From Reclinomonas americana ATCC 50394 (Eukaryota), in the NCBI GenBank assembly GCA_048213135.1, contig PS015213.1:1-64000 (forward strand): DNA of 64,000 nt, read 5' to 3'. A program made the position numbers and the translations under genes. Shown piece after piece: positions 52,089-64,000 of the stretch (positions are counted from its first letter, which is position 1; each line of letters starts with the position of its first letter). The notes beneath the pieces are model-generated. The model ran no database searches, had not been told where the DNA came from, and saw only the letters and a list, made by a program, of their open reading frames with translations.

Positions 52089-53630
52089 ATGTCGAGTGGC
52101 TCCTCGTCAAGCGATGCCGCAGAGGGTGGTCACTCTCGCTCTGTCGATGGACCAGAGGATGTCTTCCCACTGCTCCTGGAGGCGCTCAAGACACGCGACA
52201 TGGAAGGCGTGCTTCGACTCATGCCTCGTGTGCAGACGCATCACCGACTTGCTGTCGACTGTCTCGTGGTGCGTGCGTGTTACTATGGCAGCTGCAGCGC
52301 GTCCATGCACCTTGTGTCACCCCTGTTACTCCTCAGGAAGCATCTCGGCGGCACGTCTACAGTGCAATGCGCATTCTGATCCGTTTCGTTCCTTACGGTG
52401 TGGTCGCCGTCGTTCGTCTCGCTCTTTAGAGTGCATCAGCAGCGTCTCAGTGTTTCATAGATGCGAGGCTATTCATCGAATGCCTTGCTGCACTGCGAGA
52501 GATGGCAAGAGGCTGCGCTCAAAGAACTGACTTCAGTGCCGATCAGTTGCCCGGAGACTTGCGACCTCGTGCTGAACTTCGACGTGTGCTCAGAGCCCGA
52601 CATCGTGCCGCGTCAGCTCCAGCTCCCGGCCGCGGTGTGCCGTCATCCAACTCATCCAACCGCAGTTCGAAATCGTCGTCCACTTCAACCTCCACACATC
52701 GCAGCCATGGTTCCGGCTCTGCAGGCTCCGGCTCGGGGCGCGCGCCTGCCGAAGACGAGGTCTGTTCCTCACGTGTGGTGTACATGTGTTTGTTGAGTGC
52801 TGACGATGTTGCATGCGTGCAGGATTCGGAGGAAGACATGCTGGCAACAATCCGCGAGCTGACGCGGAGTGAGTTCACTACTCACATGGGCCAGCACATT
52901 CCGGAACGGGCAGTGCTGGTCTCCATGATCAAGAGGGACGACGACGACTACTGGTGTCGGGTCAATGCCGGCGGTGGACCAAGCGTCAGGATCGCACGCC
53001 AACCGAGTACACAGGAGCAGGCGTTTTGCCACCTTCACATGGTTTTGTGATCATGTGTGCTCCTTCCACGCAGTGCATGAAGAGTCTTATGTGGCCTACC
53101 AGGTTCCCTACACCGTATACGATGCTGTCACGGGTTTACCAAAAGGCTTCATCGACGAAACGGGTGCCTACCACCACAAGGGCTACGGGAGCCAACGCGT
53201 CACGGCGACGATGGTGGAGAGATTCCTGGAGTCTTGTCTCGAGAACGGCCGACAGCAGAGCTCCCAGGCAGCACTGTTTCTCCGTCTCTGGCGTCAAGCA
53301 CCGCGGAAGTTCCTGTCTGCAGGTTTTCACAGTCACCGCGACGATCCGCTCCACATCACTGTCTGCCTCCTGGATTGGGGCCAGTGGCACATCTATCCGG
53401 TTCCTGCCTCTGGTGCGGCTGTCAAGGGCAACAGGAAGTTTTTCCCTCTGATGCCGGGATCGAAGAGCCTTTACATGCTCAATCGAATCACCGGCGGCCG
53501 TGTGGTCCGCTGTCGTGGTGGGAGCCTCTTCAAGGCCTTATTCAAAATCGACGAGGAATCCGTGTCGGCATTAGAGGGTGGAATGGACATCGAAGCCTAC
53601 TGTGTCGCACGCTTCAAGCTTGAGCTGTAG
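52089..53630 (+). CDS. Hypothetical protein (multi-exon)
   Basis: Long open terminal exon (about 53073-53630) and coding-like upstream exons; no family recognised. Confidence 0.55.
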
Positions 53631-53680
53631 TTAATATTGAAAATGCCTGCCAACTGTCGTCGAAGGAAACATGCAATCAT

Positions 53681-55297
53681 TCATTCTTCACCACCACCAC
53701 TTCCACCCTCGCCTCCACCACCACCCACAACTGGCAGGCTCGACGCCGAGAGCTTGCGCCAGAGATGCTCGCTGCTGCGCACGGTCTCGTACTTTGGCGG
53801 GTGCTCATCATCGACACACGATGGGAGGCAGGAGACGACGGTGTCTGGCGACGGCCCCGTGAAGAACACAATGGAGATGCGGTCGTTGCCGCGGTCGGGC
53901 GACGATGGCGGCAGCGCCACGCGATGCATGTTGGAGACGAAGCGATCGTTGGTCCACAGCTGCGAAGATTGGTGACGATTGCTTCAGCTGCCACGCACAC
54001 AACACACACAGGAGTCTCTTCACGGAGCGAACCTGAATGAGATCGCCGCAGTTGACGGTGAAGCCGCCCTTGATTGGCGGGCAGTCGATGAACTCGCCGT
54101 CGGGCATCAACACCTGCAGTCCGCCCGGTGCGTCATCTTGCCGCAGAATGGTGTATCCTGCATTGATCACAGCGAGTTCACGAGGCTTGTGTTATCGAGG
54201 AAACTGGACGGCATGCGCAAGCAGTGTGTGTACCTTCGTAATCCGTGTGCTCGCCGTACCGAAGCTGCATCGTCGTGGACAATCAGGTGAGTGTAACGCG
54301 GAGGCAGCCATCAATTGCTCAATCGCCAAACCTGTCTTGGCAGCGCCTGTGAGGGCTCCACGTGCGGGTAGTGAGCCAGTCGCAGAGAGCAGCTTGGTTG
54401 TGTGAAGAAGGGCTCGAAAAAGTCGCGGGGCATATCGAGAGCCAACGCAGTCAGCTCCATCATGGTGTGCAACAGCCGCGTCATCTCCGCCCAGTACTCG
54501 TACACTGCGTGCAGTGCGATTGTGAGGCAGACACACGCACAGAGAGAGTGAGTGGGAGAGGGAGAGCACGCTGGCGCACTTGTCTCCTTGTACCCAGCAG
54601 GTGTTTCCGGAATAACATCGGTGGGTTTGTGATGCACCTCGATGCTCTCCACCAAGTCGGCCGGTCGCACTGGCGTTGCCGTGGCCAGTGGCTGTGGATC
54701 AACACAATCAACAAAGCGTGCTCCCAAGTCGAGGCAACAAAGGAGAAACTTTTCCATCGGCGGCACTCTGCGTGGCGCTGACTTGTTCGACTCCCTGCGG
54801 CACGTATCCTACGCAAGGCGCGATATTAGCGTTCTACCAACCGTGTAGGTCGCAAACGCCCTTCTCATGCACACCTCCATATCCGTAGCTGCGAAAACGC
54901 GCAGAGTCAGTGAGGTGGACGATCAACTCCGAACACGGTCACCACTCACCCTTTCCCGAGGTTGGACCGCTGCTTTTCCTCGAGTGGAAGTGAGAAGAAC
55001 TCTTGCGCCACGCCGTATACACGTTCTTGCAACTCGTCGGATACTCCATGCCCCACCACATTCGCAAAGCCAACTGTTGTGCGAGTGAGAAGAGAGATCG
55101 AGATGCGATGACGATGCGATGTGATTGGACAACTCACCAGTGGAGAATGCCGCCTTCCACGCAGCAATCACCTCCTGCGTCACAGAATGAGGGCACGAGA
55201 GGCACACACACACGAGTGAAAGGAAGGCCACCTCTTTCCCAGGCGCGTCATTGACAAATGCTGAGATGTCGACGAGAGGAATGCGCTGTGGAGGCAT
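53681..55297 (-). CDS. 2OG-Fe(II) dioxygenase, IPNS/DIOX family, copy A
   Basis: IPLVDIS, GFANVVGHGV, LRLAHYP, GEHTDY (HxD), GGLQV, NCGDLIQ/LWTND, HRV, RISIVFF. Confidence 0.92.
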
Positions 55298-55429
55298 GGA
55301 ACTCTTGAGCTTGGGAAGTCACAAAAGACCAACACAGTCCCCCACTCAACGCACCCACACACGGCTCATTGGAGACTAGTAATCGGAAAAAACACAACGA
55401 GGACAACTGTTGGTCGACGTTCTTTTGTT

Positions 55430-56857
55430 TCACTCGGCGGCGTTCGAGGCGGTGAGCTTGCGCCACAGATGATCTCCACTGCGAATGGTCTCGTACTTGG
55501 CCGGGTGTTCGGCGTCGACGCACGATGGCAGACACGAGACCACCGTGTCGGGCGAGGGGCCGGTGAAGAAGACAATCGAGATGCGATCGGTGTCGCGTCC
55601 ACCGGGTTGCACCGGCGGCAGCGCCACCCGGTGCGTGTTGGAGACGAAGCGGTCGTTGGTCCACAGTTGAATCAGGTCGCCGGCGTTCACGGTGAAACTG
55701 CCACGCAGTGGCGGGCAGTCGATGAATTCTCCGTCGGGCATGCGCACTTGCAGGCCGCCCGGCGCGTCGTCTTGGCGCAGAATCGTGAACCCTTGCACGC
55801 ACATCCCCTCGGTGAGCACACGTGAAAACACAAATGCACTGCACGTGTACACACACCTTCGTAGTCTGTGTGCTCCCCGTACCGCAGTTGGCCAGGCAGC
55901 GCATCGGCCGGATCGATATGCGGGTAGTGTGCCAGACGCAACACGCAGCTCGGGTTCTCGGCAAAGAACGGCGCGAAAAAGTCGCGAGGCATGTCCAGTG
56001 TGCACGCCGTGAGCTCCATGAGCGAGTTCAGGAGGCGCGTCATGGCGGCCCAGTACTCTTCCACTGCGCACAGAGATCAGTGCGCGCACAGCAGAGTGGA
56101 TTTATGACTCAACAAAGCACGAACTGGTTTCTGCGTATCCCGCCGGTCTCTCGGGGATCACATCGGCGGGGCGATGATGGTACAGAATGTTCTCCACGAG
56201 ATCCGCCGGTCTCGGTGGCGTCGCAGTGGCCAGTCGCTGCCAACAATCAATTACTCAGTCATCATGTCATCGGTCACGAAACGGTGGCATTCATCGCACC
56301 GATCCATCTGGAGCCGTCTGCGTGGCACTCACACGCTCCACGCCCTGCGGAATGTACCCTCCGAAGCCATAGCTATTGCGCCACAGAGTCAGCAGAATGA
56401 AGGAGACGCAAGAGAAAGAGAGACTCACCCCTTGCCCAAGTTGTACCGCTGCTTCTCCTCCAGCGGCAGATCGAAAAAGTCGCGTGCAGCTCTGTACACG
56501 CGCTCCTGCAGCTCATCGCCCACCCCGTGTCCCACAATCGTGGCGAACCCGACTAGGGAGAGTCATGGATGAATGAGTGTGCATGCAAAACAAAGATGCG
56601 AGAATCGCATGATGGACGACGCACCAGTGGAGAATGCCGCATGCCAGGCAGCGATCACTCTCTACAAACTCGTCGTCAGCAGTCAGCACAGTACGTGCTC
56701 TTCACTCACTCACTCACTTGTTTTTCCTCAGCGCTTGCTGCATCATCGATGAATGCCGAAATGTCAATCACTGGAATGCTCTGTGTGGCACAGTCAACAA
56801 CTCAACACTTACAAACGCACACAGAGAAGCACGCACCCACTTCGCCTCGCTGCTCAT
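55430..56857 (-). CDS. 2OG-Fe(II) dioxygenase, IPNS/DIOX family, copy B (tandem paralog)
   Basis: Same motifs as copy A: IPVIDIS, LRLAHYP, YGEHTDY, NAGDLIQLWTND, HRV, RISIVFF. Confidence 0.92.
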
Positions 56858-56949
56858 CTCAATCCTGTCACGTTCATTGTCCTGTTTCCATCTTTCTGTC
56901 GAGACAACTCGACGTTTCTTTCGTTCACACTCCCGCATCGAGAGAGAAC

Positions 56950-58502
56950 ATGTCGGCATCAGCAGCTGCAGCCGCCACCTCGTCCTCCTCATGGACACCA
57001 GAGACCACGCTGCGCGAGGCTGGCGGTGAGACACTGCCTGATTACCTTCTCACCTCCTCACTGACCAATCGCGACTGCTGCAGAGCGCCCGCTGATCGAG
57101 CGCCTGCAACAGATCATTGGCGAATCTGCAGGCTGCGGAGGCATGTGGGGCTCGCCACTCGTGCCGGGACCCGACGATGTGGTGGGAATGCCGCTGGCGA
57201 TGCGTTCGACGACGACTGTCTCCGTCGGAGAATCAAGTGCGCCACTTGTCGGCTCGCCACCACCGCTGCCACCGGCTCCGCTCTTTGTCAACACCGACAT
57301 GCTGGTGTGGTCCACCGATGTGCCACCACTGCCTCGCGGCATGAGCTCTCGCCAGGCGGCGCGCAAGGCGATTGTCAGCGCCTGCAGTGATCTGATTGTC
57401 AAGGGCGTGCAGCCGCAGGCCTTGGTCACCTCGTTGGCGCTGCCGTCCACGATGATGGTGGCGGACTTTGACGAGGTCTGTCGGGGACTCGTCGACGGCT
57501 GCATCGAACTGGAGGTGTGCTACCTCGGTGGTGACATTAACGAGTGCGCCTCCGACAAGATCATCTCGGTGACCGCGTGGGGTCAGGCCGAGACGTACAT
57601 TCCGCGCCGCGGTGCACGCGTCGGCGATGTGATCTTCACCAGTGGCATGTACGGGCGGTGAGTGCGTGGCGGGCGGCGGCGAGATCCTCCTTTCTCACTC
57701 GTGCATGCAGCGAGAGCATCGGCTTGACCTTCATGCTGGACCGCGAACCGGACTTGGCAGTGGACGAGTTGCGCCTGCGATCGCCATTGCAGTAGAGAGG
57801 GAGGCAGATTGGGGAAGAGTGCTAACTCGAGGGGTGCATGTGTTCACAGGTCACTGGAGGAGTGCTGCGATGCCATTCGGAATCCGACGGTGGAGCGAGA
57901 CATTGGGCCAGCCATGGCGCGTCTCGGCGTCGCCTCGGCATCGTGTGACACCTCCGATGGCCTGTTGCGTACGCTGAACGACATGTGTGCGGCGGCAGCG
58001 TCGCATGGCGAGGCACCACTGTCGGCGGAGCTGCGTGCCTCGGCGATTCCAGTTGCGTGATCATGCCGATTCTGTTGCTTGAGCTCCTTTGTCTCTCTCT
58101 CTCACTCACCGACACCAACGTGGCAGATCCATCCGGCCGCTCGCAAAGTACGACACGATGATCCGCGTCGCCTGCTCATCGATGCGCTGCTTGGTGGCGA
58201 AGAGGTATCAACCAATCGAGTTGTCACGTCTCGTTCCGATTTTTGTTGTCGGGCCTCTTACCGCACCCTCCCAGTTCAATCAAGTGTTTGCCGTGCCGGC
58301 CGACCAAGTGCCACTAGTGCGCTCAACATTTGGCGATCGCCTCACGGAGATTGGCGTGTTCGTGGACGGCGAGAAGCACGACGGGCTGCTGATTGCCGAC
58401 GATGGCGAAGCAGTGTCACTCAAGCAATTCGGACTCGGCTTTGCGCACTTCACCGGCGCCGACGTGATCGACGAGGGCACTAAAGCATATACTCAAACTT
58501 GA
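56950..58502 (+). CDS. thiL: Thiamine-monophosphate kinase (ThiL, PurM-like family), 6 exons
   Basis: G/ERPLIE, DD, NTDMLVWSTDVP, SDLIVKGVQP, LGGD, RRGARVGDVIFTSG, DTSDGL, GGEE/F, IG, GFAHF. Five GT-AG introns restore one frame. Confidence 0.85.
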
Positions 58503-58749
58503 AGAGACCCAGCGCCTNNNNNNNNNNNNNNNNNNNNNNNNNNNNNNNNNNNNNNNNNNNNNNNNNNNNNNNNNNNNNNNNNNNNNNNNNNNNNNNNNNN
58601 NNNNNNNNNNNNNNNNNNNNNNNNNNNNNNNNNNNNNNNNNNNNNNNNNNNNNNNNNNNNNNNNNNNNNNNNNNNNNNNNNNNNNNNNNNNNNNNNNNNN
58701 NNNNNNNNNNNNNNNNNNNNNNNNNNNNNNNNNNNNNNNNNNNNNNNNA

Positions 58750-61700
58750 CCCTGTACGAGTCCGCCGCCGATGCCCACCAGGACTACACTCAGCGACACA
58801 ATCGACCGCCCAGCAGCATGCTGCTGTGCCTCGTGGCGCTCGGTCGACAGCAGCTGGCAGAGGCCGAAGAGTTGCGTCCCCTCTCTCTCCCTCCCCCCTC
58901 CCTCCTTCTGCCTCACATGCACACAGTGACCCGTTCGGTGACTCGCATGCTCTGCGCATTTCACTGCCTCCCTTGCGCCAATCTGCACGCCGAGGCTCCA
59001 CGTCTGCGCGTGGCAGTGGTGCTGGTGGTGGCAGCGGTGCGGCTGACGAACACGAAGGTCGCACAAAGTCTGCAACAGCCGGCTTCAAGTACGTGTTGTC
59101 GGATCCAGCGCNNNNNNNNNNNNNNNNNNNNNNNNNNNNNNNNNNNNNNNNNNNNNNNNNNNNNNNNNNNNNNNNNNNNNNNNNNNNNNNNNNNNNNNNN
59201 NNNNNNNNNNNNNNNNNNNNNNNNNNNNNNNNNNNNNNNNNNNNNNNNNNNNNNNNNNNNNNNNNNNNNNNNNNNNNNNNNNNNNNNNNNNNNNNNNNNN
59301 NNNNNNNNNNNNNNNNNNNNNNNNNNNNNNNNNNNNNNNNNNNNNNNNNNNNNNNNNNNNNNNNNNNNNNNNNNNNNNNNNNNNNNNNNNNNNNNNNNNN
59401 NNNNNNNNNNNNNNNNNNNNNNNNNNNNNNNNNNNNNNNNNNNNNNNNNNNNNNNNNNNNNNNNNNNNNNNNNNNNNNNNNNNNNNNNNNNNNNNNNNNN
59501 NNNNNNNNNNNNNNNNNNNNNNNNNNNNNNNNNNNNNNNNNNNNNNNNNNNNNNNNNNNNNNNNNNNNNNNNNNNNNNNNNAGGTCGCGAAACGGAGAAG
59601 CCAGAATGGAATACATTCTGCGTGGGGGCGAGGGTGGGAGAGCTGTTCTTTGAGCAGTTGTGGCGCACACGATAACACACCTCAATGGTTCGCACATCGG
59701 CGACGAAATATAGGCGGCAGGATCGAGTGTCCTCGCCGAGACTTGCCACTTTGGCGAAGAAACGATCACGAATGTCGCCCGAGGAGAATGAACACTGCAG
59801 CACTGGTAAGAAAAATACTTCGGGGGAAAGGCTTCCGACCACACTGCTGCAACACCTTTTGCACGTCGAGCACACTGACAGCCGGTGCATCGGACGGAGC
59901 CGCGGGATCAAAGCTGGCGCTCACGGCCACGGCGGCCATGGATGCGGTAAACTCGCGCACCGCGTCCTCCTGCTCCTTGCGCGCTCCACTGCAGGCGTGC
60001 CGAAAGAAGAGACACAGCACGTAGGCTCATTAGTTTTATTCCCTTGAGCCACTCTCAGGCGAGGCCGAGAAAGACTCACCTTGAGGAGGAAGACGAGGAG
60101 GAGGAGGCAGTGGTTGGATCGTCGGTTCTCTTCCTGTCGCGCGCAAGCGCGGATGAACGCGATGAGCTGCCGGACTTGGCGTCGGGCACCGCCGCGCCTG
60201 TTTGTACCACGGGCGCGGCCTTGCGAGCTGGGCTGCCGACCACCGGCGGTCGCGCCACGCGCTTGCTGGCATCGGCCGGTGAGCTAGCCTGCTTGCGATC
60301 GCCGGGCGAATCCACCTTGGCCGCCGACGCCTTCAGTGGACTGCCGTCGGCGCTGCTCACCGACGAGCGCCGACGCAGGGCGGACTCGGGTGGAGGCGTA
60401 CTGTTGCTGTGCGAGAGCGACTTGGGCGACACCGGTGCCGACAGTGACGACGCTGGAGGTGCGCCTTCGCTTCCCAGTGGTGTCAGCAGGGGAACCACCA
60501 GTGGCGTCGGCACGCCCATGACGAGCGACGAAGTCCACGCGGCGGGTTTGACTGCAGCGGCGGCCTCCACGCGACCGGCTGTGTAACACAACAATACCCG
60601 TGAGTGAAGGCGTGACGGGCAGAGGTGGAGAACAGTCGACGCAACTGCGGCGAATCTCGTCGAGCTGCGTGCGGAGCAGCACATTGTCTCGCATCAGATG
60701 CTCGACTTGCATGTCGCTGTCGACCACCTGTATGCATGCATGCAGTGAGTATCCTCGCCTTTTTGCCTTGCCAACACCCTCACTCACCCGCTTGCGCAGA
60801 TACATGATTTCGGCGCGCATGCGCTCCATCATGAACAACTGTTGTGCGTACGCATCCACTTGCTTGTCGCGCCTGTCAACCCGTCGGTGAGTGCCAACAA
60901 CACCCATTGGCAAATCTTCGACAGCCGTCATGGCACACGCACCATGCCTTCATGTCGCTCCACTCATCGTTGAGCGCCATGTAATCAAACGCCTGTGCCC
61001 CGGGTGGCAGACGAGACTGCGAGTCGGGATACGCAGTGTTCCCCATCTTGCACATGAGCAAGCTGCCGTCCCACTCGTTGCTCACACCCGCGAAGCTGCG
61101 TCGCGCAGCGAGTGAGACAGACAGACAGACACACAAAGCGAATGGCAATGGAGTGGGGAGGTGCGCACGCACCGATGATTGAGAATGGGATCATCGTTGA
61201 AGCCGTTGCGGCGCCAAAAGTTGAGAGAGGTGACATCGGCGTACGTCATGGCCACATCGAAGCTGCCGACGACTTTCGGATCGGTGGCAATCTACCGCAA
61301 CTCGCTCCGCGTCAGTCATCGCACCGACGCACACACACATACACACCGATCTGCAGACACACACGCTCACCGAGAGCAAATGGCTTCCGAGGCGAGCATA
61401 CTGGTACTTGAGCCGCACACCGACAAGCGTGATTTGCAACACGCGTAACCTCGTGGTGAAGTGCGTCGGCCACTCCCACGACACCGCGCCCACAATGCGA
61501 TGCGTCGCAGTCTGCACACCGCAAGCCCACAATGAGCCAGCGTCAAAGGCACACACACTCATCAAGATCAACGAACCACAGCCTCCTGCGCCGTGAACTT
61601 GAGCGTTCCCTTGTCTTCCTTGTCAATCACATCTGTGCCGCACGCATAAGCATCACCGCCGCACCGCGAGCGAGAAACAAACACCGCACCATCTTCCTCC

Positions 61701-62432
61701 TCCTCCTCTTCCTCATCCTCCTCATCTTCCTCCTCGTCGTCGTCGTCGTCATCGTCGTCTTCTTCTTCCTCATCCTCGTCTTCCTCTTCCTCATCATCAT
61801 CGCTGTCCTCATCACTGTCTTCTTCCTCTTCCTCCTCGTCGTCGTCATCATCATCATCGTCCTCCTTCCGACTCCTCTTCTTCTTCTTCAACCGCATGGC
61901 GCCCGTCGGCGACCGCTGCTGTCGATGCGCCCCTCGCCGATGCAGCGACGAAGCCGTTGCCGCGGCGGCCGCCACCAACCGCTTACTCTGCTGCCTCTCC
62001 AACGCCCCTCGCTCCGCCTTGACATCGGCCACCGAGCGCAGATACGCAATCGTCTGCATTTGCCCCCCGTCCAACATCTCCAGCACCGCCGACAGCTCCA
62101 AGTTGGGAAGCACATGATGATACAACTAACGCACGCACGCACACATGAGCGCACACAGGCATGTCTTCTCCTGCGTGCGCACGCACACTCTCACGCACCG
62201 CAGCAATGGCCTCGCGAAGCTCACTCTCAAAGGTGGGGTCGCTGCTTGCCTGTTTGTTGGGCGCCGGGTACTGGTATGCTGCCACTATGGTGCCACGCAC
62301 GGACGAGGTGCTGCCTGACTGCTGCTGCTGTTGCTGCTGCTCACTCGCAGGCAGCGTGTGTCGCAGTGACGCGAGTTCCATGACGCAGTGAGAATGGTGG
62401 GAGGAATCAAAGGGATCCACGGTCTGCTTCAA
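58750..62432 (-). CDS. GCN5-related (GNAT) acetyltransferase-like protein with acidic insert and coiled coil; ends uncertain because of gaps
   Basis: LQITLVGVRLKYQYARLGSHLL (motif A-like) and TYADVTSLNFWRRNGF (like GCN5 YAD..F.K.GF); D/E tract at about 61690-61860. Confidence 0.6.
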
Positions 62433-62868
62433 TGAACGACAAACCGCGGGCCTTACCTGTCTGCTCTTTCCTCAGTCGCGCACTCGCTACTGTCTCTTCC
62501 CTTGCCTCAGTGTGTTGTTCTTGTCCTGGAGTTGCTCCGAAACCCCCTTCCTCTGGTGAGCACACACTCATACATGCACAGTCTCAGACAGCAGCGCGTT
62601 GTCGCTGCACACACTCACTCTCTGCCTCTGTCTCTGTGATCGCTGTGTGTGTGTCTGTGTCTGATTACGCGCGCAGAGAGACGCATGGCATCAACAGGTT
62701 CGTTGGCAATTGGTTTCATTTAAAGTGCTCACACTCTTCTCACTCACACGCTCCTTCTCTGTGCTCTCCAGCAGAGGACGATCAGCTGCTGTGCGCGCGA
62801 GAGACCGAACTGGTTTCGTCAACACACACACACGCTCTCTCTCTCCCTCTCTCCCTCACAATACACTG

Positions 62869-64000
62869 ATGTCTATTTTCTCGTCATCATCACAGGAGCG
62901 GCAAGTGGATGCATTAGCCGACCTGTTTGTCACCAACACCGACTTCCCCGCCACGCAAGTCGCTCTCCAGCAGTTTGCCCGACCAGTGCGTCCACTCGGC
63001 GATCCACTCTTGTCTCTCACTCACATCGGTTGGTGCAGACGGAGGGCAGCAGCGGTGGCGATGCGGGCGATGCCGAGGCCGAGTTTGCGCAGTTGTATCA
63101 CGAGGGCGATGCGGTGACTGTGGGTCGCGATCATCGACTTGCCCGTGTTCTCTTTGTCGGTCACACGCAGTTTGCGGCGGGCATGTGGCTCGGGGTGGCC
63201 ACGGCGGAGCGTGATGTGTTGACCAGCAAGCGCACCCCGCACCAGCACGACGGTGAGGTGGACGGTGTGCGGTACTTTGCGTGTCCACCAGGGCACGGAG
63301 CCTTTGTGAAACCGTCGTCGGTGGCGCTTCTGTGGGCCGATGTTGCGTGTATGTGCGCCCGATCGTTTGGGGCAATGAGTCGCTGAACGACTGTGCGTGC
63401 GTGCACACAGAACTCCAAGCGCGACTTTTGGGGCCTGTACCACGCGCACGCGCGCCTTTCGCTGGCGCTGCTGCAGCGCACGGTGGCGGCATTGGGTATG
63501 TCGGACGCCGATGGATCTCATGTGCGCGAAGGCTGGCGGCGCGAGATGAGATTTCGTGTGCGTGAGTTGACATCGTTGTTGGAGTTTGCCGCCGACCTCA
63601 TCAGCATCGGCGAGCTGGAGGCACTCACGCACCTGCTGGAGCCGTTTGTGCCCGCTGCCATGAGTGCCAAGTGTGCCGAGGCCCTGGAGAAGCGCGAGGA
63701 GCTGAACGAGGCTGTGATTGACATTGCGGCGACACATGCACAATTGTCGTCGCCAACTCGCTTCGTCAACAAGGTACGCGTGCACCGACGCCATGCATGC
63801 CAGTTGTGGATGTCCTTCCATTCACACACGTGCGTGTTGCGTCGTCTGCAGTTCGACTCCGAGTTTGACACGATGCGCCTGCTGTACGCCGAGCGCGGAA
63901 TTGTGCGACACGAGCAGTACCTCGCGCCGCCGCTGAGCAGCAGCCGATCGTCACTCTCTCCCCCGACCTCCAAGGATGGATCGCCGATCGCGTCAACTCC
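62869..64000 (+). CDS. CAP-Gly domain protein (truncated by window end)
   Basis: VLFVGHTQFAAGMWLGV..HDGEVDGVRYFACPPGHGAFVKP. Confidence 0.85.

Noticed and set aside
61690-61870. TCC/TCG/TCA triplet tract as a repeat element (also 5870-6080)
   Set aside because: These are coding Asp/Glu tracts on the minus strand.
1-64000. Alternative genetic code, readthrough or pseudogenes suggested by fragmented ORFs
   Set aside because: In-frame stops fall within introns, and TAA, TAG and TGA all end genes normally.

Overview
Eukaryotic (protist-like) draft scaffold, GC-rich and extremely compact, with several N gaps. It holds about 24 protein-coding genes broken by many short (mostly 55-150 nt) spliceosomal introns, so the six-frame ORFs are exon fragments. 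I rebuilt the gene models by hand from conserved motifs and splice signals; CDS coordinates are gene spans that include introns. Genes: Rab32/38-type GTPase, a multi-pass ER membrane protein, asparagine synthetase, POLE2, an acylated ARM-repeat protein, a peroxisomal AidB-like acyl-CoA dehydrogenase, WD40, DENN-GRAM-DUF547, SNF5-SWIRM, PGM2, guanylate kinase, PLAC8, a 4E-BP-like peptide, a La-motif/CCR4-type nuclease, MORN-RING, PIG-L, a secreted protein, PrimPol, a cyanophycinase, two tandem 2OG-Fe(II) oxygenases, a prokaryote-type ThiL, a GNAT protein, a CAP-Gly protein and two hypotheticals. Most notable: (1) a large class of introns whose donor is GTTGCGT/GTTNCGT, i.e. the usual GTGCGT/GTGAGT signal shifted by one base and usually lacking an exonic -1 G; (2) a U12-type AT-AC intron in POLE2; (3) an intron-containing ThiL, an enzyme normally prokaryotic; (4) unusual domain fusions (La motifs + CCR4, SNF5 + ADA2-type SWIRM, an unknown beta-rich domain + ACAD). 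I saw no RNA genes, CRISPR arrays or transposons. No searches were run; all family calls come from motif recognition.
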